DNA from: Octopus sinensis
Lineage: Eukaryota
DNA: 64,000 bases
Direction: 5' to 3'
Assembly (NCBI RefSeq): GCF_006345805.1
Contig: NC_043010.1
Span: 32,054,001 to 32,118,000 of the forward strand
This document shows positions 46,621 through 60,960 of this stretch, piece by piece. Position 1 is the stretch's first letter; each line of letters opens with the position of its first letter. A model generated the notes under the pieces. It was not told the origin of the DNA. It was given only the letters and a program-made list of their open reading frames with translations, and ran no database searches. A program made the position numbers and the translations under genes.

Positions 46621-48247
46621 TATATTTATATATTATGTAGTTGAGTAGTATATCCTTGATTATGGCATATAACCGATCAGAAAGTTATCATCGATTTCAT
46701 GTCTACTATTGTAATTGACAATATTGGTGACTCATGTCTGCATTTGTTGCTGTTAATTATTTTTGAATAAAGCTGCAGGCTATTTATGACATCAGTGGTC
46801 TGAAAAGACACTGATATTCTATATGTTGTTGAATGTGAGATTGGCTATTATGCCACTATCAGACATCTGCCACTGAAGAGATTGAGCTGGTCAGAATCAT
46901 ATGATCTGATATGGCAGTTTCAGTACCTGTAGTAGATGATTCCCTTCTGCCAATAATATAAACTGAGTGCTTTTATGCAACATGCATCTATACATGAGAA
47001 ATTCCAACCATGTTTCATGGTTCGCTACCTCAACAGCTCCAGTGGCTAAAAACATCATCAGTAGGAACTATGTCTGGTTTCAGCCCCTACTCCTCTACTG
47101 TTTTCGACATATTGAGTGTGTTTTTTCCTTTCTCCTTTTTTCTTTTGTTCTTTGGTTTCTTCGATGCAGTGTCAACAAATGTCAACGGGCGAATAATCAT
47201 CCTGCCAAATTTCCCTTTAAATAATTGCCAGTAGGCTCCAGCAGCCAGCACCAGCTAACTGTCACATGATGCTATCTAAGCTTCAACTGGTCAATGGAGG
47301 GGAAGGACACATACTTTGGCTTGCGGCCTCTCTAAACCAACCTCCCAACAGTGTCTTGTTAGTTTCAGTTCCAGCAGCCAGAGCTGACCAGCTGTTAAGT
47401 GGTACAAGCCTTCAAACCAGGAGGAAGGTGCACAATGAATGAGATTGCTACCTTGGCCCACCTGTCAATCAGCAATCAGCACAATGAATGAGATTGCTAC
47501 CTGTCAATCAGCAATGCAGTTTAAGTGCCAGCCAGCCTCACCTAGTGATTCTATTTCCCAATCGGTATATTTAACTCCAGTTTAACCACATCAAAAGAAA
47601 CTATTAAAGTTTATTTGTTCATTATACATGGAAGGTGGATTAACATATCCAAGTTGTCTTTTATGTAGCTCTGTATATGTTTCAAATATAGCCCTAGTAA
47701 TATGTCCAAGAAATTGCTAAATCAGTGATTTTCACAAGATGAGCCTGCCACTATTGGTTGTAATTTAAAATTATACGGGTAAGGAATTTTCATAACAGGC
47801 TGTGTCTATTGCAACCATAGTACTTCCTTTATTAGCTTCTTTAATTACTAGTATTGAGTTGGTTTCAATACATTAATAGTTTCCCATTCTTTTGCACTGA
47901 AATTAGAATGTATCTCATGTTTTGGTAGAAACTCATATGGAAAGTAAGTTATATGATTGCAAAGCCCCACTCTCTCATTCTTTCTGTCTGCTTCCTCAAA
48001 TCACTTTTCCTCTCTTTTCTCTTTCAATTTTTATATTTGTTAACACTAGTAAGCAACTCACATTTTCCCCTCTACTCCTGAAAAGGAAGGCATAACTATG
48101 AATATGGTTATTATGTAAGTTATGGCTTCAAGATAAGACCTTACATAATTTTTTTATTTTATAATCTGTATTTTGTATTCCATGTAAATTTATGTATCAA
48201 GCCATATTGCATCTATTTACCATGCCACCTCTGAGCATGTATGCATG

Positions 48248-48281
<34 letters not shown>

Positions 48282-48321
48282 ATGTGTTTTTACTCTCAGC
48301 GTGATGTGATGAAGAAGATGA

Positions 48322-48486
48322 GTGGAATTCGCCAAGGTCGAATTTGCCTTTCATCCTTTCGGGGTCGATAAATTAAGTACCAGTTACGCACTGGGGTCGA
48401 TGTAATCGACTTAATCTGTTTGTCTGTCATTGTTTGTCCCCTCTATATCCTCTATGTTTAGCCCCTTGTGGGCAATAAAGAAATAG
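48322..48486 (+). mobile_element. 5'-truncated SINE family B
   Basis: GCCAAGGTCGAATTTGCCTTTCATCC...GTGGGCAATAAAGAAATAG. Possible TSD GAGTGGAA. Confidence 0.85.
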
Positions 48487-49749
48487 AGTGGAAAAGAGTG
48501 ATGATAGAAAAGAATTAGGAGGGATGAGTGAAGGTTGCAGGAGAGAGTGTTGGTTAGTGGAGGTGATCCATTGTTAATGTATATATTTAAAACAATGGCT
48601 TGATAGGCAAGATGATTTTATCTGTTCCAGTGCTGTACATTCTGAGTTTGTAACATAAATTCACATTTAGATATTATGATTTGATGTTGGTTCTTCAAAC
48701 AAGACCAGGAGAGTAGAATAAATGTATGTGGAGTAAAATATAATTAATACTTATAAAACCTTCTAAATTAACTGAGGGTTATGATAATTGAGTATATAGA
48801 ACTACTAAAACATGATCGTTAAATGAGTCATCTACTGCTGAAAAATTCAATTATGAAGTGGATGACACCCTCCCTAAAAGTGCAGAAATCTTGTACAGGT
48901 ACATATGTATGAAAGAAGGTAAAGCTTAAACAATGGTACTTCAATCATTCTTCCTTCAGATATATAGAAAATTAGATGTTACAAAAGTGTTCAGTTTACC
49001 TGGCATTTGGAAGAACATACTAAATTTCAATACCAAGTGGAACCTTCTTGAGAGAAGCAGACCATATTGAAATGAAAGACACAATTTATATACAGTTGAA
49101 AGGTGCTCTATACTTAAAACTGTGATAATCCTGCTACCTGTCTAAATGAAAGATCCAAAATTTTAACGATTTTTTTCTGAAAACCTGAAATACATTACCA
49201 CTACCAGACTAAATAGTTCTCAGTCACTTTTTACCTTTCCACATAAGACTGTTTTTACTCTCCTTCTTTGATCCTGAATCCTCAATATGTAAAGTTTAAT
49301 TGATGGTATGTGATGCATATGCATGTATATATGTGATTCTGCATGAATATATTTTATTACTGATCTCTCTTCGCATCTGTTGTTTTCCTGAACTCAATCT
49401 GTTATTTTGATTTTTAATTTTATATTTTAATTTTATTTTCATTTCTACATAATTCCACCTACTCTTTTTCTTTATCCTTTCTTCTTTCTGACCCTCTCCC
49501 CTCTTCTTCCTGACCTTTCTATATTTCTGTTGCTTTTCATTCCTTAGTTACTCTTCTTATCTCCAAAATTTATTCCTTAATTATTTATTCATCTATGTTC
49601 ATCCTTAATTTTTCTCCCAATATGCAATAAACCTAGATATGACTGTCCTATTTCCTAGTCAAAAAATCCTGTTATAATCTTCTATACTAAGACAGTGTGC
49701 ATGTCAAATGAAGAAAAAAATGTACTCAATATTTAAGATACCATGTATA

Positions 49750-50335
49750 TATTATTATTATTATTATTATTGAGTGAGGGAATAGCACATACTATCAAAG
49801 TGACACTGGGGCACTAATATACAAAGTCCAATATAGCCATCATGACAATCTGCCTGACAAGGGTACACCAGACATATGCATCACACCCATATGTACAAGG
49901 CATGGTGACCTTATATCATGATAAAGAGCACATGGCCTTGCAGGTGAGGACAAATTAGAATTTTCTTCAGGTCAAGTAGCCCATCACATTCAAAAGGTCT
50001 CTGGATAAGGGCTGTTTAAGGACAAATGAAACATGTTTCTGGGTTGGGTGGGGGGAATTATTCAAGCTACAAAGAATCTCTCTCAATACATGGCTATGAT
50101 GCTCCCCCACTACTTTTGCATGTAATCAAAGACACACATATTGTTAGCCACTAAGGGACATACTCATCTGGTTAAGGTCAAGTAACTGACAAATAAATCT
50201 GTGGTGTTGAGCAGAATATTTGCTGTAGCCTATCTTTTATACCAAGATAAAACATGTACATGATAGCACTTCCAATCAGTTAAGATCAGAAGCTATGAGA
50301 GCCAGTGCCTGGTACTGCATTGGGGCATTTATTAT
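49750..50335. repeat. Unclassified interspersed repeat abutting an (ATT)n tract
   Basis: Resembles a high-copy repeat I recall from octopus sequence. Class not determinable here. Confidence 0.35.
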
Positions 50336-50364
50336 TATTATCATCATCATTATCATCATTATTA

Positions 50365-50580
50365 TGATGGTGGTGAACTCGCAGAATCATTAGTACATCA
50401 GACAGTATGCTTTGCAGCATTTCATCCAACTTTATGTTCTGAGTTTATATTCTGCTTAGGTCACTCTACCTTTCATCCTTTTGGGGCTGAGGAAATAAGT
50501 ACCAGTTGTAAACTGGGGATGATGTAATCAAATACTCTCCTCACAAAATTTCAGGCCTTTTGCCTATTGTAGAAAGCCTT
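50365..50580 (+). mobile_element. SINE family B, degenerate
   Basis: GTTCTGAGTTT..CCTTTCATCCTTTTGGGG..AAATAAGTACCAGTTG..CTGGGG..GATGTAATC. Confidence 0.7.
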
Positions 50581-50704
50581 GTGCCTATTGTTATTATAAG
50601 CTAAATTTTCTTGAATTATAATTCTGAATTTTATACTGTCAATTATTCAAATTATTTATTTGAACAGTCTTCAAAATACAGCTTAGTTACTATTCATTGT
50701 CTAA

Positions 50705-50760
<56 letters not shown>

Positions 50761-51319
50761 CAGAAAACCCACCTGTTTTACATATTCATACACATATCTG
50801 GCAAGTCATATTAAAATAAAGAATTGTAATATAATGAAGCTGACATGACAAGTTTATTTGCTTATCAATAATAGATTGATCATTAGAATTTATTCACCTC
50901 ATCATTATTTGACAGATTGTGTTAAGATTTAGTCATATCTACATGACACTAATAATATCAGATTTCTCCAAGAAATCTTGATAGTTGAGTGTAGTGTTGT
51001 TAGGTAAAGAAAAGTTGATGCTCACTAAATATAATGATGTTTAGGAGATTATGATAATGGAGAGAATGTAGTTATAGTAAGGTTGAATATTTTTTTGATA
51101 TCACACCATGTGTAATGTTTGGGAGAGAATAGAGACAGAAAATATTAAAGTTGAATATTGGCTGATTTATATCACATTGTATGTATTAATGTTTGGGTGA
51201 TTATAGAGAGAGTATTGCCATTGATTGAATATCGATTTCAAATTCTGGCACAAGGCCAGTAATTCCAGTCGTGTTGGGTTAGTTAATTTAGTTGACTCCA
51301 ATGCACAACCGGTATTTGT

Positions 51320-51650
51320 TTTATAGTGGCAATAACAACAACAACAACAATGACAACCACAATATTCCTCACTCAGACAACTATAACAACAACAACAACA
51401 ACACAAGCATACAAAACAGAAACAACTATTATAATAGCAACAGTAACGATGGTGATAGCTACAATAACAACAATAACAACATCCCACACAGATAACGATA
51501 CCAAATACATCATCCACATCACTACCAACAACACCACCCACAATAACAATAGGCACAACACAAGCACTACTACCACCACCACCGCCAGCAGCAACAACAA
51601 CATCAATACCAGCAACTACAACAACAACAACCACAACGATAATAACACTC
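51320..51650. repeat. (AAC/AAT/ACC)-rich low-complexity block
   Basis: Direct reading. Explains the Thr/Asn-rich spurious ORFs. Confidence 0.85.
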
Positions 51651-51844
51651 TACACTCTGTCTTCTATAACCCCAACAACAAATTTTATGACATGATGAGG
51701 ATCTACCCCACAGACTTACCCTTTAACAAAAGGGTATCCCACCCCAAATTGACAGTGAAACAGAAGCAAAGATTTCCTTAGCTAGAAATAGACTCCGACA
51801 TATCTTAGACCGATACAATAAATCCATGAAAAAACATAGTGAGG

Positions 51845-52145
51845 AGGGGACCCACCAACTCGGCTCATCTGTGGCCAAAGGCCTACAAAAACTGAAACAG
51901 TGATTCAGTCAGTGTCCAAAACTATGTAATGATACTTCATCTGACAATTGACTAAGTCTACCTTACAAAAGCAAGAACGTCTCCTCTGATGATTTTGCAT
52001 GCAGTTTCTGTATAGTAAGTTTCCCTCACAACTTTGGTTGACCCAAGTTTGTAGCAGAAGACACTTTCCCAAGGTACTGCACTGTGGAATCAAACCTAAA
52101 CTATCATAGCTGCCAAACTGTCTTCAGAACCACATAGACTTGCCA
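51845..52145 (-). mobile_element. Degenerate SINE (family A-like head)
   Basis: GAAGACACTTTCCCAAGGTACTGCACTGTGGAATCAAACC. Confidence 0.5.
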
Positions 52146-55057
52146 ATACCGCTTTAGAAGCTTTGTCAAAGAAATATTTTTATTTTGGTGCATAACTTTT
52201 TATATTCTTTTCCTATTTTCCTGTTGGGATAAGAGTTTAGAATATCAATGGAATTCTTTCCTTTCTATGGGGAAAACTAAATTAAGTAAGGAAAAATAAA
52301 CACTGATTAGAAATCAATAATGATCAATAGAGAGAGATGTTAGGGCACAGTAAATATTCACATTTGCATGATAGTCCAACTTCTCATTGATATCCCTCCT
52401 TATCTTGGGTTTCTTTGAATATTTATTCTGTTTCTTCTTATACTTTCTCTATTCATAGTGTGTCCATAACTTTCACTTTGATTTAATCTTATGTCTACAT
52501 ACTTTCTCTTCTTTCTTTTTCTTCTTTTCTTGTCAATCTTCCTTCTATCCTCTTTCTTTTTCTCTCTTACATTTCTATATTCTCTGATTCCTTTCAATTT
52601 ACTCTCTTTCTTTCAACTTTCTGTTCACACATACACTTGTTCTTTTAGATGGTCTTCATCTTCATTTTCATGATCACCACCACTCATGTGGTGGTAGTGC
52701 TCTCACCATTGCCTTCACTATCACAGTCACCATTGCTGCTGCCACTACCATCATCATTTGTTTATTTATGCTGCTGTATTAACCCAACAAATCCTATATC
52801 ATCTCCCCCTCTATCAGAGTACCCTTCCTTGGACTATTATTCTACTACCCATGTAACTCTGTCATAAAGTACCTTTTTTTGACTAAAATTAATGCTGCCA
52901 TCTTCTGTCACCAACTTTCTCTCTCATCAAGCATACAGACTACAATATGTGGTCTGTTGAACTGCTAGAAATAACAGCTAAATTACCTTCTGAAATGGAC
53001 ATGTTGAACAATGTAGTCCTATATACTCCTACAATGTTGTCACTGCAGAATGTATATGAGTACATATTTTTTTGATCAGTGTTGTCCTGGGGCTAAAACC
53101 AATATTATTGATTCAGTCTTGGTCTACCTCCATATAGAAAGGAACCACCAATTCTTCTTTGGCCCACCTCACACCATTCCCTACCATGAATTAAATTGAT
53201 CTATCAACATTTTCTTGGTCTACTTTCTCCATTGTACCACCTTTTACGAATTATCATGCCCTCTGTGGTCTATCCTACCACAAGGTATTATCAAGTGCCA
53301 AATACATTGCCTTCTATGTCCTACTATATCAAGATATCAACAAGTGTCAATTACCATGCCTTCTGTAGTTTACTTTGCCACAGTGTACCACCATATCTTC
53401 TGTAGTTTACCACTTTCTTCCCTTTTATCACCAAATATATAGTCATCTACTGTGGTCAGCCTCTACTGGTTCTACCCATGACTCTCCCAGTAATATTCAT
53501 TTTTCATCTATGTAACCCTGTTCACTCAAAGCAGTTTTTTCAACAAGGAAGTCTATAGATTGTAGATCAGTTTGCTAAAAATAATAACAATTCTCCTTAA
53601 ATTACACCCTGCTAACTTAAATAAGGAAAGAATACATTAGTTAATACTTGTTCATGGTTGATGTGGAGCTAAACTGCATCTCAATATGTTGTACCTACAA
53701 TATAAGTTACTATTATTACATATCCAGCATTACCACATTTAAATCCTTGTTCAACACTACCACTTTGCCATTCAGGTGTACCTTTAGTCGAGCCCACTCT
53801 GTTATTGACATTCAGAAAAGACTTAAGCTTAACTCAAGGATAATTCACTATGTTGTTGTCACCCTTCCTACAGCATATTAACTTGCATGGTGCTATTGTC
53901 TATTAGAGGTCCATATGGAAGAGGCTTTTCCCTGGAGGTCTACTGCTAGATTCTATGATAAGCTAACAAATGAAAATCTGACAAGCTTATTGATGAGTAT
54001 TGATTACCAGTTTATCAGCTCAGGGTGAATAATTAGTAGTTAGCAGCAGCCAATAAGTTCTGAGTTCTTCCTCACTTTCAACTCACTAATTTCACAGGTT
54101 CTCCAAAAGTCATTGACATTGTACTTTCTCCTTTAACTAAAACATAGAAATACGAAAATAAATCTGTTTTAAGTCTACAGGTTCATTAAACTGGAGCTTA
54201 TCTAGGTTTCTGGGGAATATAAGTAACTAAGGGTATGAAACTTCTCCCTGGATGAGATTGCAATCTCATATGCCTGTAAAGTTACTCCCCACCTAATGCT
54301 AGTATTAGTTTCAGGTGAGTAGACTGAAGCAATGTTAAGAGAAGTGCTTTGACTAATGAACCAACCTATCTGATCATTGATCACACGACCTAATGATTAC
54401 TAGTTCAACTCCTTAACTAATGTGCCATGTACCTTCACAGAGATGTAAAAATAATTTACTTGATATACTCTTCATTCACAACTCATACTTCAATAATCAT
54501 GCCAATTCAATACATCAAAATATAATACAACTACAATATTTCAGGCTGTTAATCTAATCCCTGCAGATGAAACAATTTTTTAAAAAACTTTTATATCTTC
54601 AATCTTATCCAATGATGGATAAGATATCTACTTGAATTTGCAAACCTTTGCATTTTGATTTAAATAATTTAGTTTATGTAATTCATCTTTTACCTTCTTG
54701 TGGTGGTTGTGGTGGTGGAGTGGGGGTGACCATAGGTGACCATTTAGTTGATGGGGGGAGGTTTTATGTTGATGCCCTATACCTGTTTGACAGATAAGTA
54801 TTTAATCTGTGCTAAATTTTAACTGGCTGGATTTCCAATTGCTATCAGGGATCTTATTTCTGAATATTTACACAATATCAGTGTCATGGTGTTAATTGTT
54901 CACTCATGTTGAGCTGGTTAATCATGATATATTTCAAACATCTGAGTCACCATGGACTGCTTTATTCCCAGGTTGTGCTGTATGTATGGAATGTCATTGG
55001 CTCTGTAAATGATAACTGAAGCAAACTCATGAACTTTGATATTTATTGCCAGATATA

Positions 55058-55275
55058 AGGTGTGGAACTAGCAGAATTGTTAGCACACTGGGCAAAATGC
55101 TTAGTGGTATTTCTTCTACCTTTATGCTCTGAGTTCAAATTCCACCGAGGTTGACTTTGCCTTTTATCCTTTTGGTGTTGAGAAAATAAGTACCAATCTT
55201 GTACTGGGGTTGATATAATCAACTCACCCCACCTCTGAACTTACTAGCATTGTGCCAAAATTTGAAACCAATATT
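55058..55275 (+). mobile_element. SINE family B
   Basis: GCAGAATTGTTAGCACACTGGGCAAAATGCTTAG..CTGAGTTCAAATTCCACCGAGGTTGACTTTGCC. Confidence 0.85.
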
Positions 55276-56081
55276 TATTGCTGGACATGATATATTTTGC
55301 ATTCGCTGTTTACAATGAAAAATATAAATATACAATTGTCAAGTGAGAGGAGAGAAAAAGTGTGCTGTATCTGTAGAAGCTACTTATGGGACATCATGTG
55401 AATGTTCAGAATTTATCTGTCCAAGAACCAAAGTCATCTGTACAAAGTCTGAAGCTGTCTGCTCAATTGCTGGAGGTCATCTGTCTGGCAAAAGGTGAGA
55501 CATGTCAGCCACCCTCAACACTCTGTGATGTGTTAGACATGAAACAGTTATTATGAGGTGATAAGAGGGTGAATTCTAGAGCATCAGAGAAGCCATATCA
55601 CACCACAGCTTCACACTGATTGGTTGATTTATAGATCAATCACATGAAACTGTGGTGGCTCACTTGTAGATGCTTAATCAAGTATCGAGTAATTAAGGGT
55701 ACAAATCACTACACCACATTAGACCCAAGCTACATAGATTAAGTTTAATCACAACAACATCTCTTCATCTTCTCTCTCAACACCAACTGCAATAATAAAA
55801 GTAACAAGTTATTTCATGCCCTTTGTTTTCTCACACATCATTGTTGTGTTTCAACTGTTGTCTTTTAGCCTCAGTACTGTTCTAATTCAGTAGACCTACG
55901 ATTGAAGATTTTCAGTTCCTGTCCATTATGTCTGTTTATTATATCCATGTGTTTTGTGGGAGATTTGGCTACCAGCTTTAGGAGGTTGAACACCTATGTA
56001 GAGGATCCCTATGTTGTGTCTCCATGCTTGCAAGAAAACCACTATCCTTCACATCAGTTCACCATCTCTGTCTGTGGTGGA

Positions 56082-56322
56082 GGCGCATGGCTTAGTGGTT
56101 AAGGTGTTGAACTCAAGATCGTAAGGTTGTGGTTTCGATTCCTGGATCGGGCGATGCGTTGTGTTCTTGAGCAAAACACTTCATTTCATCTTGCTCCAGT
56201 CCACTCAGCTGCCAAAAATGAGTAATCTTGCGATGAACTGGCGTCCCGTCCAGGTGGGGAATTTCTACACCACTGTACCCGGGAAACTGGCCCTTATGAG
56301 CCTGGCATGGCTCGAGAAGGAT
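56082..56322 (+). mobile_element. tRNA-derived SINE (third family, V-domain-like core)
   Basis: A-box TGGCTTAGTGG (56088), B-box GGTTTCGATTCC (56131), GCGATGAACTGGCGTCCCGTCCAGG core. No tRNA acceptor stem. Confidence 0.75.
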
Positions 56323-56334
56323 ACCTCCATACAC

Positions 56335-56720
56335 ACATCTCTCTCTGTAACACTCACATACATGAGATCTCCATATATAACACTAACATAGATGAGAACT
56401 ATATTCATCTGACCATCTTTCTTTATAACATAAACATAGTAAAGTGCTCTGTTCATCTCTCCACAACACTGACATAAACGAAAGCCTTGTTCATCTGATC
56501 TATCTACAACACTTGACATAAATGAGAGCCCTTTTCATGTTTGACTCCTCCATTTATAACACAAATATAGCTGACAGCCCTCTGATCTGTTTGTCTTCTC
56601 TCCCTACAACAAATAAATGAAAACCCTGTTCATCTCCTCCTCTACAACACTCGCAGAGATGAGAGCCCTGTTCATTTGTTCATTTCCTCTCTTTATAACA
56701 CTAATGTAGATTAGAGAATT
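56335..56720. repeat. Degenerate ~40-55-bp minisatellite
   Basis: Recurring (TA)CAACAC..CATA(G/A)ATGAGAGCCCTGTTCATCT unit, about 8 copies. Confidence 0.7.
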
Positions 56721-56837
56721 AGCAGGCATCAGTTAATGAGGTGATGTAATAATATTGTTTCGATTACTTTTATTTATTTATCAAAGAAATATGATCACTA
56801 TGAATATTATTCATGCTAGAGATATTGTGTGTATGTG

Positions 56838-56893
<56 letters not shown>

Positions 56894-57317
56894 TCTGTGC
56901 GTGTGTCTGTGCATGTGTATTGTACATAAAAGTGAGAGTGGCAGTGCGTTTGTGTGTATACATTTTAAATGTTATTTTTTCTATTATAGTTAATAGTGGT
57001 AGTAGTAGTAGTAGTAGTAGTGGTAGTAGCTTGTCTATTGTACTACATATTTCATAGAAAGAGATAAAAGGATTTGGAGACATTAATTATTCAAAATTAT
57101 TCCTTTTATTACACTACAGGTGTGAGTGTGTATCAATTTGTCACTATGCATGTGTCTGTGTGTGAGTGAGTGTGTGTGTTGTGTGTGTATCTGTGTGTGC
57201 ATGCACATGTGTGTATCTCAGTGTCATTATGTGTTTGAATGCTTGTATATCTGTGTATGTCAATGTCCTGGATGTGTGTATACATGTCAATGACATTATC
57301 TATGTGTCAACATATGT

Positions 57318-57349
<32 letters not shown>

Positions 57350-57689
57350 GTGTTTGCTTTCTTTGATTAACGAGGAAAAAACATTAAAGAATAATATATA
57401 TAATTCCTTTTTCTTTTGGAGTAAATCTCATTAATCATTGATTTGAGGAAAAGGTTAGAAAAGGAGAAGGGTGAAGGGTGGCAGTGGTAGTGGTATGGAT
57501 GATAAGGATGATGGTTGAAGGGGATTGCTTCTTACTGAAGACATGGAGCCTGAGGTTGTTATGCAAGGGAAAAATGAAATGCGGTAAGTGTATTATAGTA
57601 GTAAGTTAGCCATGAACAACACGCAATTAAGAATCTCAGATAGCTCAGCCTCACATGCTCTCCTAGGAGCTATCCACATATATATGTAT

Positions 57690-58020
57690 GGGCACAGGTG
57701 TGGCTGTATGGTGAAGAAGCTTGCTATCTGACCATAGGGTCTTGGGTTTAATCCCACTGTGCGACACTTTGGGTAAGTGTTTACTACTATACCCCAGGGT
57801 GACCAAACATGATGATTGTAAATGAGTATCATTTTTGTACAAGCGATGTTGTTTTGTTTCCAGTCTTCTATGAAAAACACATCTGGCCATAAGAAATATT
57901 GCCTTACTGGAAACAAGAAAAGGTTGGTGACAGGAAGAGTATATAATCATAGAGAACCTGCCTTGAAACATTTTGTCTGAGCCATGTAAACATGGAAAAG
58001 TGGATGTTAAATGATGAAGA
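57690..58020 (+). mobile_element. SINE with family A-like tRNA head and (GAT) tail
   Basis: GTGGCTGTATGGTGAAGAAGCTTGC head and CATGGAAAAGTGGATGTTAAATGATG tail. Confidence 0.7.
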
Positions 58021-58206
58021 TGTATGTACATGTGTATGTATGCTTAACAGCCAACACTGCATCTTAAAGATCAGCCTTCCTCTTTGGTGCCAAAATATAC
58101 TTTATGTTTGATCAAGTAGGACTCATAGTGATGGGATTTTGCTCATGTATATGTGATGGTGCTATTACCACACACACGTACACACACATGCACACACACA
58201 CACACA

Positions 58207-58237
<31 letters not shown>

Positions 58238-58599
58238 CCCATAGCATCTGACTTGGCATCTGGAAAAAGGAAACTCAGGTGATCAGGAAAGCCTCTCTAA
58301 ATAACATACTATAGCTGCTGGCTCTTGTAACGATTTCTAACGTAGGCATAAAAAACTTTTGGAAGGAGGGACTTTGTCAATTAAACTGATTTCATTGTAT
58401 TAATGGTTGAAGGATGAAAGACAAACTTGACTTAAGCGGGATTTAGACCTACAATATGAAGAGCTGCGAGAAATATCACAAGCTATTTTACTAATGCCCT
58501 AATGACTCTTCCATCTCATCATGCTACCACTAGTTGTAATAATTGTTCCTTATTTAAGCACAAGGAGTAGGGACTACTCAATTCCATTGGCTGCAATAC

Positions 58600-58740
58600 T
58601 TGACTGACACTATTTTAATGATCCAGGATAGACAAAAACCAGAGTTGACCTCAGTGGGATTTGAACTCAGAACATGAAAAAACTGGAATAAATGTTGCAA
58701 AGGGTTTTTTCCAATGCTCTAGTGACTCTGCCAGTTTATT
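58600..58740 (-). mobile_element. SINE family B, degenerate
   Basis: GTTGACCTCAGTGGGATTTGAACTCAGAAC. Confidence 0.65.
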
Positions 58741-58989
58741 ATTTAATTATGCTCAATTCAGTTACCATGTCATGTCAAAATGGAAAACAACCCTGTCACC
58801 ACAAAGCAGAGAGAAGGTAATTAAAACCAGCCATTATCCATAAGAAGAGGAATGTTCCCAGGAGACTTCTTGTCCCCTTTACTCTTTTACTTAATCTTTA
58901 ACTCTGTTAACAAATATGTTGAATGAAGCTAGAAATACTTATAAAGGCTATGGACTTATTGCAAATCATCTCAACTGATGACATAATAT

Positions 58990-59510
58990 TTACAACTACA
59001 AAACCTAAAAATTGTTCACAAATAAGTATCAGTTAAATATATGCATTTGTGAAGCTGCTATAAAAGATAAATTAACTAAAACCAAGAGTACTAGATTAGA
59101 TATAAGCATTAAAATCAGAATTATCCACACTTCAAGAAAGAAGCTAATACAATGCCAAATATATAGAAGTAAAAAAGAAAATTGGAGAAATGTGCTACTA
59201 CAAAGCAGTCAGATTAATATTAAAATAACTCAATACTTCAAATGATAGGTATAAATACAAATGCATTAGCTATCCCAGTAATAATGTATAGCTTAAATGT
59301 AATAGAATAGAAGTTAAGTGAATTGAAAAGCTTAGACAAGAAATTTAGAAATTTACTAACAATGTGCCATAGTCACAAGCCTAAAGCTAATATAGATAAA
59401 ATAAATTTACACTGCCTATAGAGAGGATGGAGTCTGATACAAACTGAAAACTTCAACAAAGTAATAACAGTAGGACTAAATAAATACTTAGAAGCAATTA
59501 GGGAAAGCTA
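58990..59510 (+). pseudogene. Non-LTR retrotransposon (R4/Dong-like) RT C-terminal remnant
   Basis: Across frameshifts: MIGINT.ALAIPVIMYSLNVIE*KLSELKSLDKKFRNLLTMCHSHKPKANIDK..GWSLIQ. This matches the pattern INTLAIPV.YSF..DRK.RKLLT...HPKA.VDRLY..GGRGL. Confidence 0.6.
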
Positions 59511-59574
59511 GTTTGTGGGATAAAGGAAACATGCAAACAATAGTGTTTTAATGAAAATGGTACTCTCCTTCCCA

Positions 59575-60960
59575 TGTGACAAAGTGGTATGACATAGCCA
59601 CTATAAAGTCAGTAGTAATAGAGTTGTTGTATGAGTTCTCTGTTGGAGTCAGTGTCAGTTATATGTTATATACGAGTTTAAGTTACCATCAAGGTAGACA
59701 TTTTAAAGTCATTGTCTTGCCAAGCTGTCAGTGATAGCACGATAGATGCGTCAAAGATAATATGACACTAAATACCGCCAGAACATAATAGTGGTAACAA
59801 GAATATTACAGTGCTGACAATAACATACAAGTGGATGAGGATCCACATTATAACAGTGGTGATGAAGATATAAACAATTCATGTGGACAGTGTTGGAAAA
59901 GAATTGTTTCTTGCAAGAAAATAGACAATTCACGTAGACAATATTGAAAATTTTTTCATGTGGAGAAATTAAAAACTCAACAGAGGAGTAACAAACATTT
60001 TTGTTGTACATATTCTATGAAAAATCCGTAAAATTATGGAAAACTTGTTAGAGGGTCTAGCTGAGTTGCAACAACAACAACTCAAAGAACAACAACAAAA
60101 ATGAATGTTACAGCAATAAATGCCACAACTAACGAAGTTGGTAACTAAGCTGGAAAATACATTTTCACCAGACCATGTAGTAAATTCAATAAATGAATTT
60201 AAATATGATCTGGAAGACGGAGTCATTTTCAAGGCATATTATTGAAGATTTGAACAAATTTTTGAAAAAGAATACCAAGACTGGATGGATGAAATGAAAA
60301 CATGTCTAATACTGAGGAAACAGGCGACGATAAAGTGTGAGAAATACTGTAACTTTATATTGCCTAAAGAAGTTTCTGACGTAAATTTCACGGATACAAT
60401 TGACAGTTCAGTGAAAAAACATTATTATTCGACACATGTTGGAAGTGTTTGAACACAGAGAAAAGCGATGATGAAGACTTTACTACATATGCAGGTAGAG
60501 TGAACAGAGAGTGCAAGAGATTTAAACTGGATAAACTAACTCTAGACTCATCCAAGTGCTTGGTTTTTGCTCAAGGACTTACTGCTAAAAAGGATGCAGA
60601 AGTCAGAATGAAAATTCTTGCAAAGCTGGAAACAAACTAGGATATAACTTTCCAGAAACTGTCAGAAATGTGCAATATGATATTAAAAGTAATGTGTGAC
60701 ACAGAAGAAATCCAATGCAAAGATTGTTTACAGATAAAACCAGTGTGGAAGAATTGGAAGATGGATAAAATGTTTCACAAAAACATGATATAAAATGGAA
60801 AATAAACCCATGTATGGAATGTGATGGTAGGCACCTGAGAAAAGAGTGGTCATTCAAAAAATCAAAGTGTTTTCGGTGTGGGAACACAGGATACATTAAA
60901 TTGCACTGCAGAACTAAGATGGTGAAAAATTGGACCAAACAGGAAAAAATTAATAATTTG
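59575..60960 (+). mobile_element. gag: Second Ty3/Gypsy fragment (possible LTR plus decayed gag with zinc knuckle)
   Basis: VVNSINEFKYDLEDGVIFKAYY*RFEQIF, DFTTYAGRVNRECKRFKL..KCLVFAQGL and CFRCGNTGYIKLHC. Paralogous to the gag at 43039-43787. Confidence 0.75.

Noticed and set aside
49000-49184. Possible minus-strand host exon (TTTCAG acceptor, CAG/GTAAAC donor)
   Set aside because: All three frames from that acceptor contain stops and there is no recognisable protein similarity.
51167-51781. Mucin-like or Thr/Asn-rich ORFs
   Set aside because: Low-complexity (AAC/AAT) block with no splice or domain evidence.
56082-56155. tRNA gene (also the heads of family A and B SINEs)
   Set aside because: A and B boxes are present, but there is no cloverleaf or acceptor stem and the sequence continues into a SINE body.
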